Both the position numbers and the translations under genes were made by a program. From Phoronis australis (taxonomy: Eukaryota > Animalia > Phoronida), in assembly GCA_002633005.1 (NCBI GenBank), contig NMRA01000180.1:45324-109323 (forward strand): DNA of 64,000 nucleotides, written 5' to 3'. The notes beneath the pieces are model-generated. The model searched no databases. It worked only from the letters and a program-made list of their open reading frames with translations, and was not told the DNA's origin. Every line of letters starts with the position of its first letter. The first letter of the stretch is position 1. Shown piece after piece: positions 39,901-51,900 of this stretch.

Positions 39901-42900
39901 TTGAAAAATGTTAACTCTTATATATTTAAACTACTGTGTGCGATGCGCAAGGTGGGCGCTAATCGACGATGTGCGATGCTGGTCTCCATTTTAAGACTCT
40001 TCTATTTTGCTCTCTTTTGTTCTTCTTCTTAGCACCGACGCCTTTCTTATTCCTGAAGATTGCGGGATCTTATTCAAAATCGCATTAAGACAGACGGGCG
40101 CAGACTGGAAACTTCAAGCAGTAAGTACGGATTTGACCAAAATGTGCTAGGCGTCTGTAGAAATGTATGTTTTTGTTATATTGTGCATGGTTACAGCAGA
40201 TTTTTACACTTCTGTAAACACAAAATAGTAGTACCAAGTGCAATCAATACTTTTCTTCAGAGATGTTCATCTGTCCGTTTGATAAACGAAGCCTATTGGC
40301 TCTGACATAAGCAGATGCTATCGCATGTCTTTCGCATTTTGGGCACTCGTTCTCATCTGAATCTCCGCCCGCTATTTGTTTCACAATAAACCAAATTATA
40401 CACTTTCTTAACCGCTTTTTGCATGTCGGGTACGTCTTTTTCATCGCCAGTCGGAGGTTCACGATCAAGGTACATGTACATGTTCATGACCGTGTGAATT
40501 TGCACCATTCTCCTATAGTCAAATTTGTTCTGACAGCATGAACTGTACAGTATGATAAATTCCATTTCAATTCACTGTCACCTCGACCATCTCTCAATGC
40601 ATAAGTGTGTGCTCTTGAAGGGTCTGTACAAGAATAAACCAGCAGTATCTAAGCGAATCCGTCATAAACGTTAGATTGCTTCTGTCCTTTCGATCGGCAT
40701 GCATTACAAGCAAAACTAATCTATTAACTTTCGTCCGCCGGTATCCTGCTTTGCGTGCAAGTGCAGACAGGCCAACCAATATTGACACTATTGATGTTTC
40801 CATATGACAGGTGAAAATTACGGACTACGACCGATCGAACACACAATACCAGTTCCACTGCGATTGCTCGATAAATGAACTGAACCCGTACGAAATTAAA
40901 CGGACCGGTAGGTACATGCACTTCGCTTTGTTTAGCATACTGAAAACAGAAATCATACTTGGTCTTTTCCTCTTATAAAATGATCTTTTAGCATGCGTTA
41001 ATGTTTCCGTTACCAAAACGAAGACAAAACAACCAGTACCTCAAAAAAACGTTTCATTGCGAATTGAAGTTTGAAGAAACCGGGTCTACGCATTGCCTGT
41101 ATCTTGAACTGTCTGCTCATTCGGCAACCATCAATTCAAGATCGGATGAGAGTTATATGAGCCCTAAAGAAACACCTCAACACTGACATCGAAACAGCGG
41201 CAAATGTGTCCCTTTAACATTTAAGAAGCAGTTTGCTTTGCTTCCATCTATACATGTAACACCACTGATCATTTCAGATCTGTGTCTAAAATATAGTCTC
41301 TTTACTTGAAAATTGACTAGAACGTTCACCAATTTTCTGGTGTATTTTGAATAAACTAACAAAATTTGTTCTCAAATAATGCAGCGCAATTGGTTTTTTA
41401 AAAGCACGAGTCCAGTATGTGTTCGTAGATTACATGTACACTCTAGGGAAAATTTTGCTTTATTTCCTTGCTTCCAAAATCATTAAAGTGTACATAAAGA
41501 AAATATGTAAAACAAGTACGAAAATCGTTGATTACACCAAACAATACAGCATTATACTTCGTTTTCGACCTGGAATTTATTGTATTTTTAACTGCAGTGA
41601 ACGGTGGATGGACCAGCTTCGGACCCTACACTCGATGCTCCACAACTTGCGGCACTGGTAGACGGACCAGACAGCGATCTTGTACCAATCCAAAGCCTTA
41701 CAATGGCGGAGCACATTGTAGTGGCCACAGCATTGAAACCAAGTCATGTTTTACAAAGAATTGTCCAGGTATATCCATAATACCAGGAATTTAATGCCTT
41801 CCTGATAAATATAGATTATTACATGGCGAAGTCGTTATCCCCGTAATCTAGAGCCCGAGTGGATTTTGGAGAATTATCACCCGAGGGGCGTTAGCCCCGA
41901 AGGCGATAATTCTTCAAATCCACGAGGGCTCTAGATAAGGGGGATAACGACTGAGAACATGTAATAATCTATTTGTACCACATACTAAACGAGAAACGCT
42001 GTAATGAATCGATTTACCTTTCTCGACTCGCCTCGGATTTATAACTACTTTCTATGTCAGAGGCCTCGAGTCGGAGGTAGGGACTTTTTAAGAAAACCCG
42101 AGTTATTTTTGTCAAAATAATGTTTTTACTCAAAACCAATTGAAAATTTCAACAAAACAGAAATAAAGTAAATCTATACATTAAGGTTTAGCAGCTATTA
42201 TACCTTAATTAACATTATATTACGCTAAATTTGGACCGGGAAAATATCGTCTGCTAAAGTTAGTTCAGTACCACAGGTTGCTGAGTATAATGCCCAAGCC
42301 AAAGGACGATATCAAAGAACGAATGCTGGTGTCGTGTCCCGACGACACGATCCCCGCATTCAAATTGGAGACTGATCCATGATTTACAAGTGAGAGAAAA
42401 TGAGAGGCAATGTTAACTGAATTAAAATATCGTTTTATGGAAATTATGCGTCTTATATTTCATAGCGTATAAATGTCGGTACAATGCCCTTCGTTAAACA
42501 TGCGATTGTTGCACGTGCTCATTAAACTCGGACAGCGGTAAAACTCTGACAAGTCTAAATAAACGTCAAATATATTAACAATCAAGATGCCTTTCCACTA
42601 AATGAAAAGATTATTCACTTCATTGAACAATAGTAGGGATTTATTTATCACCTCACTTGAATTACGACAAAGTTTCAACACATATGAGGCATACTCAGCA
42701 CCTTATGTCGCTCTGCCGTCTACTTCGCGTGGTGATTTTGAAAGACTGCGGTACGTACGCTGGCTTTTCCAAGTTTTATTTAGGTCACTTGGTCACTTGT
42801 CATGTAAATCAATTTGAATTTGAATTTTCTTGATGCATAACTCATCAGTATGCTGTTTTATGTGTTAATTTCAATAGAAGAACGCACAAAAAGCACGCTT

Positions 42901-45900
42901 TAATCAAAAAACGGGTGTCCGAATTTCCCTTCCAACTTTTTGTACGATGCAGGGAATTTCGGACACCATGTTTTCAGGCTACTAGTAAACTTTTCTTGGC
43001 GTTTTCTTGAGAGTTTCCTAATCAGGTGATGACCTTCTGTGTTAAGAGGTCAATTCAAAACTTAATTTGTCAACAACAATGGCGCTGTTTACCACATGGG
43101 TTGCACACAAATTGGTAATGGCGGATATACTTTTACGTTATTTACATGTATGTACCCAGGACATGATGATTTCTTAAATTTATTATTCATCTCATGATAA
43201 GACAGCTAAATAATACGTAAATTCATTTTTGAAATCATAATGTTCTATTATGTGCTTTGTCCGAGTTTTACCTATTCAGAATTTGCTGGTCCGAATTTCC
43301 CCAACAGTCTGTCCGACTTTCCCCACCTGCATCCGAATTTCCCCGATTTTGAGCATTGTTATTATTGTTAAAATTCGAAGGCATTGAAACTGAAGTACAT
43401 GTATTAACAAAGTATCTCATTGGATGGTTTCTCAAAAGATTTGCGTATATCCCATTACTCGTCTAATGTTATTAGCTGACACATAAACTTTCAGTGGCAG
43501 GTAAGCAAGTCGAGCTAGGTGGTTTCGTCCGAATTTACCCGAACTTCTATTTTCACGATCGATGACGTCAGCTAAGTGGTGCAGTGGTAAATTCTACGAC
43601 TCGAAACTCTTGCAGAGCGGTTTCGAAACCGGCCTCGGTTTCCCACCAACGTGTTATTTAACGGTTGTATTGGCCATTCCAGACTGACATTGTGGTATAC
43701 CTTGTATAGTGCAGATAGGTTTTGTCCTGGATGTAACAGAAGAAAAATGTCGTCTAAACCAAACATTAAACGGGCATCTGCAAGTATTCGTGAACATTCA
43801 CGTCTGTTAATTCAAGTCGGGTTATTATAAAACGAATACGTTTGCAAGCTCTTCGGGCGGGTACGAATTCTTCGAATACTGTACACCTCCACCAAACGTG
43901 TGATTTGTTTTGTAATATTGTCACCATCCACTGCCGTAATCAAAAGTTTTGATCTTGTTGAGGCCCAAATGTGAAATTGTGGACTTGAAATGAGACGCAA
44001 CCATGAGGCAATTTGCAATGAACAGGATATCCAAACCCAAATTGATATGAATTGCGACCGGGGAGTATTTTGTGTGATAAACTTGGGTCCACGTGCCTGT
44101 TGTATACCCCATATCGCTTGCTCCGTGGCATCTTCTGAACCTTAAATCGATGTAGAAGATATTTACTTTAAACGAGATACGAGAATCGTCTTCCAGAGGT
44201 ATGCGTGAATGAATGGTGTACGTATTTGTTTGTTTGTTTCTGTGATTGTTTGTAAATGATAATAAATACCTTAAAAAAGGATTTATAAACTGTTCTTCGT
44301 TGGTACATTATTCAGTTGACGGAGGCTGGAGCGGTTGGTCAGGTTGGTATTCATGTACAGTGCACTGCGGCGGAGGTACGCAAACACGTGTGCGCAGCTG
44401 TACAAATCCTCGACCTGCTTACGACGGTTCAACATGTCCTGGGTCTGCCAAAGAAGTACGTGACTGTAACACTCATAACTGTAGTGGTAAATATTCACTT
44501 TCATTACTTGTTTTGATGATTTGAGATTATGGTAATCTTAAAATGTCGTCTCCTTGAAATCTTTATGCAAGAGTACTGTACATTTAAATTTCATTCAAGC
44601 GACGAATGAAAAACTAGCATTTTATAAACGCAGTGCAGTACTAAGATAACCTAAAACATCATTTGAATAGTGTGCCATTATACAATGTACATGTAATTAT
44701 AAAAATTATTTTAGTTGACGGTGGGTGGACGGACTGGAGCCATTGGTCAGACTGCTCGACGTCGTGTGGCAACGGTAATGAAAGTTCAAGTAGAAGCTGT
44801 ACCAATCCTGCACCCGCACACGGCGGGCAAGGATGTGTTGGGAACGAGACGAGAATCAGGAAATGCAAACTGGAGGAATGCCCTGTAAACGGCGGTTGGA
44901 GTCATTGGAGTGACTGGGGTCCGTGCTCGATATCGTGCGGGGAGGGTACACAAACCAGCTCGCAAAACTGCAGCAACCCGGCGCCAGCCAACAGCGGGCT
45001 TGACTGTGTCGGAAACAGAACGAGAACAATTTCTTGCAAACTGAGCGAATGTCCAATAGATGGCGTATGGACGGCTTGGTCTGAGTGGAGTTCTTGTTCT
45101 CAGAAGTGCGGAGACGGAATCCAGAGGAGCTTCAGGAATTGTTCAGATCCAAAACCACAGCATAATGGGCTATATTGTCCAGGAGAAAACCAGCGAAATC
45201 TGTCATGCATAATCAAAAACTGTTCAATAGACGGAGGCTGGAACTCGTGGAGTCAGTGGAGCACTTGCTCCACGTCTTGTGGAGTGGGTAATCAAACAAG
45301 ACATCGCAAATGTACCAGTCCTCTTCCAATGTTTGGAGGGCAGGATTGCGTAGGCAATAACTCAACAATCAGAGAGTGTAATGTTAGAGACTGTCCAATA
45401 AATGGGTCTTGGAGTGTCTGGGCTCCATGGACCGACTGTTCGACAACATGTGGTGGCGGAGTGCAAAATCGGACGAGAACGTGTACAGACCCAACACCAA
45501 AATTTGGTGGGTGGAACTGTAGCGGTAATAATTCAGAAATACGAATTTGTGGATTAATAAACTGCCCCGTTAACGGAAGTTGGGGACCTTGGAAAGAATG
45601 GGGTCCCTGTTCCTCTTCTTGTAGTCAGGGCCTGCAAACTAGGAGCAGATTTTGTGACAGCCCAGAACCGTCGTTTGGAGGCAACAACTGTTCCGGTAAC
45701 TATACTGAAGTGCGTTCGTGCATCGTGAAACATTGTCCTGTTGACGGCGAATGGGAATCTTGGAGTAACTGGGGTGGATGTTCTAGAACTTGCGGTGAAG
45801 GTATGCATTTCAGATTCAGAACATGTGGTAACCCTGCGCCACAATACGGGGGACGAAACTGCTCTGGGAACGATACCATGGCACAACAATGTATCAAAAA

Positions 45901-48900
45901 GCACTGTCCAGTCGATGGAGGATGGACGCCATGGAGTGGGTGGGGTACGTGTTCTAGTAAGTGCGGCGTAGGGGTGCAGGTCAGAAACAGAACGTGTATA
46001 AATCCAGCGCCAATGTATGGAGGACAAAATTGTTCCGGCAACAATACTATAACACAGGTGTGTTTCTTAAAAGACTGTCCCGTAGACGGAAAGTGGTCAG
46101 CTTGGAGTAACTGGGGGAAATGTTCCAAAACTTGCGGTTCAGGTGTACGTGTGAGGAATAGAACATGTGACACTCCTGCACCGGAATATGGTGGAAGAAA
46201 TTGTTCTGGTAACTCTACGATGATGCAGTCGTGCTTCGTAAAACATTGCCCTGTCGACGGATGTTGGGAGGATTGGAGTGAATGGGGCGCATGCTCAAGA
46301 ACCTGTGGTGAAGGGATTCAGGTCCGGAATAGAAAATGCAATCGCCCGGTACCAACGTATGGAGGGCGCAATTGTTCCGGCAACAATACTTTGACACAAT
46401 CGTGCCTCGTAGCACACTGCTCAGTCGATGGAGGTTGGGGGGCTTGGAGTGAGTGGAGTGCTTGCTCAACAAGTTGTGGCGCAGGTGTTCAAGTCACCAA
46501 AAGAAGATGCGATAACCCTGCAGCAGCTTACGGTGGACACAACTGTACAGGTAATGGCACTGACACAAAATTATGCTACGTTATTGAGTGTCCCGTTGAC
46601 GGCGGATGGACTTCGTGGAACGGTTGGAGTCGATGTTCACTCTCGTGTGGGACGGGGATGCAACAGAATACAAGAATGTGTTCCAATCCTGCCCCGGCTC
46701 ATGGGGGAAAATATTGCATGGGAAGCAAAAGGGTTACCCGGTCGTGTCGTCTTAGACACTGTGCAGTCGATGGTGGATGGACCTCTTGGGCTGGTTGGTC
46801 GTCGTGCTCTGCATCATGCGGCAGCGGTGGACAGGAGCGCAGAAGAACGTGCACAAATCCTGAACCCGCTCATGGCGGCACAAGCTGTAATGGGAATAAT
46901 ACTGCAACACAAAAATGTTTTCTCCAACATTGTCCAGGTTTGTTTTCGATTAAGTAAATTACGTTGTTTCAAAAGACTGGGTTATTGGATAATTTAAATG
47001 TTGAGTTCCAAGAAGTATTTTTGTTTTTAAGAATAGAATTGTTTTATGCTAATTGAAAGCAAGTCCGAAGGTTGTTCGTCGAATTTTAACCGAAACTAAT
47101 AAAACGTTGGGTTGATGTTGGTGTAAACATTTAACCATCATAATTTTCAGTGAATGGAGGTTGGAACACTTGGAATAGGTGGGGTGCGTGCAGTGCGACA
47201 TGTGGTGGCGGTGTGCAGGTCAGGAACCGCACTTGTAATAAACCTGAGCCCCAGTACAACGGAACAGACTGCGATGGTGCTGGTTCCGAAACTCTCGGCT
47301 GCAATTTCCATGATTGCCCAGGTAAAATGTTTCTACTCATCAGTCGAATCAAATCGCAATTTCTTTTTGAAATTGTCTTAACTATGTTGTTAGCACACCA
47401 TGCGCTGTAGATTTTCAACAAAATGACTTCAACTATGCGCTTTTGAAGTGAATGCATTTTTGTATTATACATGTATTTGACGAGGTGGGAATACTTGGGG
47501 ATCATGGGGAGATTGCACACTAAGTTGTGGAGGAGGTCAGCAGTTGCGTACATACAGAAGGATGTGTACATTACAAACCCTACTCCCTCCCATTACGAGG
47601 AAGATTGCAAGGGACAAATTATCCTGGCTCCGACAAAAACTAACGAGTCTGGAGCACTCTTAACTGTAGATGTAAATATTGGCATTTATTACATATTTTT
47701 TAATTTGATAAAATGTTATCTTTTTGCATTTTTATGTATTAGCGTATGGCATACTTAAGGTACATTCATACTGTATGGTGAAGTGAAGAGGGTGGGATAG
47801 AAAAGTTAACTTATAACCTCGTCATACTTAACAAAGAACATGATACAATCAAAATCATTTCAGTTGACGGCGGTTGGGCTGACTGGAGCCAGTGGTCAGA
47901 CTGTTCGACGTCGTGTGGCAAGGGTAACGAAAGTTCAAGTAGAACGTGCTCTGATCCTGCACCCGCTCATGGCGGGCGAAGATGTGTTGGGAAGGAGACG
48001 AGAATCAGGAAATGTAAGCTGAAGGAATGTCCTGTAAACGGCGGATGGAGTCAATGGAGCTACTGGAGTCCGTGCTCTAAATCGTGCGGGAAGGGTACAC
48101 AAACAAGCTCCCGAAACTGCAGCAACCCGTTGCCAGCCAACAGCGGGCTTGACTGTGTCGGAAACGGTACGAGAACAAATTCTTGCAAACTGAGCGAATG
48201 TCCAATAGATGGCGTATGGACGGCTTGGTCTGAGTGGAGTTCTTGTTCTCAGAAGTGCGGAGACGGAATCCAGAGGAGCTTCAGGAATTGTTCAGATCCA
48301 GAACCACAGCATAATGGGCTATATTGTCCAGGAGATAACCAGCGAAATCGGTCATGCGTAATCAAAAACTGTTCAATAAACGGAGGCTGGAACTCGTGGA
48401 GTCAGTGGGGCACTTGCTCCACGTCTTGTGGAGTGGGTAATCAAACAAGACATCGCAAATGTACCAATCCTCTTCCAATGTTTGGAGGGCAGCATTGCGT
48501 AGGCAATAACTCAACAGTCAGAGAGTGTAATGTTAGAGACTGTCCAGTAAATGGGTCTTGGAGTGTCTGGGCTCCATGGACCGACTGTTCGACAACATGT
48601 GGTGGCGGAGTGCAAAATCGAACAAGAACGTGTACAGACCCAACACCAAAATTTGGTGGGTGGCACTGTAGCGGTAATAATTCAGAAATACGAATTTGTG
48701 GATTAATAAACTGCCCCGTTAACGGAAGTTGGGGACTGTGGATCGAATGGGGTCCCTGTTCCTCTTCTTGTAACCAGGGCCTGCAAACTAGGAGGAGATT
48801 TTGTGACAGCCCAGAACCATCGTTTGGAGGCAACAACTGTTCCGGTAACTATACTGAAGTGCGTTCGTGCATCGTGAAACATTGTCCTGTTGACGGCGAA

Positions 48901-51900
48901 TGGGAATCTTGGAGTAATTGGGGTGGATGTTCTAGAACTTGCGGTGAAGGTATGCATTTCAGATTCAGAACATGTAGTAACCCTGCGCCACAGTACGGGG
49001 GACGAAACTGCTCTGGGAACGACACCATGGCACAACAATGTATCAAAAAGCACTGTCCAGTCGATGGAGGATGGACGCCATGGAGTGGGTGGGGTACGTG
49101 TTCTAGTACGTGCGGTGTAGGGGTGCAGGTCAGAAATAGAACGTGTATAATTCCAGCGCCAATGTATGGAGGACAAAATTGTTCCGGCAACAATACTATA
49201 ACACAGGTGTGTTTCTTGAAAGACTGTCCCGTAGACGGAAAGTGGTCAGCTTGGAATAACTGGGGGAAATGTTCCAAAACTTGCGGTTCAGGTGTACGTG
49301 TGAGGAATAGAACATGTGACACTCCTGCACCGGAATATGGTGGAAGAAATTGTTCTGGTAACACTACGATGATGCAGTCGTGCTTCGTAAAACATTGCCC
49401 TGTCGACGGAGGTTGGGGTGATTGGAGTGAATGGGGCGCATGCTCAAGAACCTGTGGTGAAGGGATTCAGATCCGGAATAGAAAATGCAATCGCCCGGTA
49501 CCAAGGTATGGAGGGCGCAATTGTTCCGGCAACAATACTTTGACACAGTCGTGCCTCATAGAACACTGCTCAGTCGATGGATGTTGGGGGGCTTGGAGTG
49601 AGTGGAGTGCCTGCTCAACAAGTTGTGGCGCAGGTGTTCAAGTCACCAATAGAAGATGCGATAACCCTGCAGCAGCTAACGGTGGACACAACTGTACAGG
49701 TAATGGCACTGACACAAAATTATGCTACGTTATTGAGTGTCCAGTTGACGGCGGATGGACTTCGTGGAACGGTTGGAGTCCATGTTCACTCTCGTGTGGG
49801 ACGGGGATGCAACAGAATACAAGAATATGTTCCAATCCTGCCCCGGCTCATGGGGGAAATAATTGCATGGGAAGCAAAAGGGTCACACGGTCGTGTCGTC
49901 TTAGACACTGTGCAGTCGATGGTGGATGGACCTCTTGGACGGGTTGGTCGTCGTGCTCTGCATCCTGCGGCAGCGGTGGACAGGAGCGCAGAAGAACGTG
50001 CACAAATCCTGAACCCGCTCATGGCGGCACAAGCTGTAATGGGAATAATACTGCAACACAAAAATGTTTTCTCCGACATTGTCCAGGTTTGTGTCCGATT
50101 ATATTAATTGGGATTTTCAAAAGACTGGACACATGGTTCTATAAAATCACGTGGTTAATGAAAATTTTGTTCTTTGATTTTAGCTGCAACCAACAATGCG
50201 TCTGAAGTCTGCTGGTGTAAACATTGAATCATAATCATATTTTTAGTGAATGGAGGTTGGAACAGTTGGAATGAGTGGGTTGCTTGCAGTGCAACATGTG
50301 GCGATGGTGTGCAGGTCAGGAAGCCCACTTGCAACAAACCTGAGCCCCAATATAACGGAACAGATTGCATTGGCGATGGTTCCGAAAGTTTCAGATGCAA
50401 TTTCCAAATTTGCCCAGTTAGACTTTGTCTGCTCATTTTTGAAATTGTCTATGTTGTTACCAAACCACGCGCTGTGGGTTTTCAACAAAAATTCCCAAAT
50501 GTGTTCTCTTGCAGTGAATACAGGAGTTGTTTTGTAATTCAGTAAACGGGAGTTGAAATACTTGGGGATCATGGAGTGACTGCCCATTAATTTGTGACGA
50601 AGGTCAGCAGCTGAGTAATAGGACAAGTTTATGTATAACTCAACCCCCGCCCATGACGGGGATGATTGCAAAGGACCCAAAGCTTGTTATCGGGATTGTC
50701 ACAGTAACTACTGCCCAGGTATGACCTGGCAAGTGGTTGTCGACGTCACAACGGCTGAGATATATGCTACTCATTTTTCCTATTAAAAGCACCAAACAAT
50801 TTGCATTTGAATTTGAATTGCGATAACTTGACAATAAGTGCGCCAACTTTCCATTACGCTCGTTCTTTTCAGTCATGATCGCTCACCTTCGCTGGCGTCA
50901 ATCAATACCAAAAATCATTAGGACTAACTCGTGGTCAGGATAAGTTCATAGTACCACCATTGTCGCGACAGATCTTTTTCCTACGTTTCTGGCATGATTC
51001 CGACATTTTCATAAGGTTCCCTGACTGGATTTCATCTGGTTTAGATGGGCAACACTCCCAAGACGTCATCCGGTTACGTGAATGGCATGTTTTTTTTGCA
51101 GTCGACGGTCAATGGAGTAAATGGTCAGGCTGGTCAAAATGTAGCCAGTCATGTGGAAAGGGTGAGCAGAAAAGACTGCGTAGCTGTGACGATCCTTCTA
51201 ACTCTTCCGGTGGATCGGGTTGCAAAGGAGACAATAACGAAATGCGGGAATGTACAGTTGAAAAGTTTTGCGAGAAGAAAGCGTCTGACGGCAACCCTGT
51301 CATATCACAGGCTACCCCGCGGGATAGGACGGCCAAAATAATTGCACTATCATCAACTGCTGGCGTGATGTTCGTGGCTATAGTTGTCATTCCACCTTGC
51401 ATTTTTTTCACAAGGTGAGTGTAACGCTGCCGAGAGATACATGCACAGTGAAACCTTTGCCACAGGAGTGAACTTCCTGATCGCTCTCAAACAAAATCAC
51501 ACTCGCAATAATACGCCACACAGAACCTTCGCTACGAGCAAAAACCTTAACCATGCTCAAATTGCCTTTAACCAAGCGTCAGTTCAAGCGCAAAAACCTC
51601 GTGGTACATGTACTTTTAAAGGTGTGTCTGCGGCGTAGTTTTAGTTCAACTTCCGTTGTTAGTGAAGATGGTGTATTTTTCCTAAAAAGGCCTTCGGCCT
51701 ACATGTACATTACAAATATACAATAAACAGAGAGTACGGGATATCTAAACCACCTGTGTTCTTTATGTTGGACACATGTAGGTAAGACTTTTTTCGTGGA
51801 GAATGGCAAGGTTCCGTTGCTGTGACGTCTGCTTCCGCAGTACTTGTTTTCGGTACGTGATAAGGATTCCACTACCATCTCTGAGACTTTATAGTGCAAC

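Noticed and set aside
44715-50086. A1/A2 as an uncollapsed-haplotype assembly artefact
   Set aside because: Repeat 1, exon B and the introns differ by 13-30%, and C1/C2 carry independent lesions. That is too much and too structured for alleles.
45554-50107. Antisense and alternative-frame ORFs over the TSP1 array
   Set aside because: Shadows of repetitive Cys/Trp/Gly codon usage, with no independent signals.
50554-50556. In-frame TGA in exon C2 as selenocysteine or read-through
   Set aside because: It replaces a Trp (TGG>TGA), and the same exon has a +5 frameshift and has lost conserved residues.
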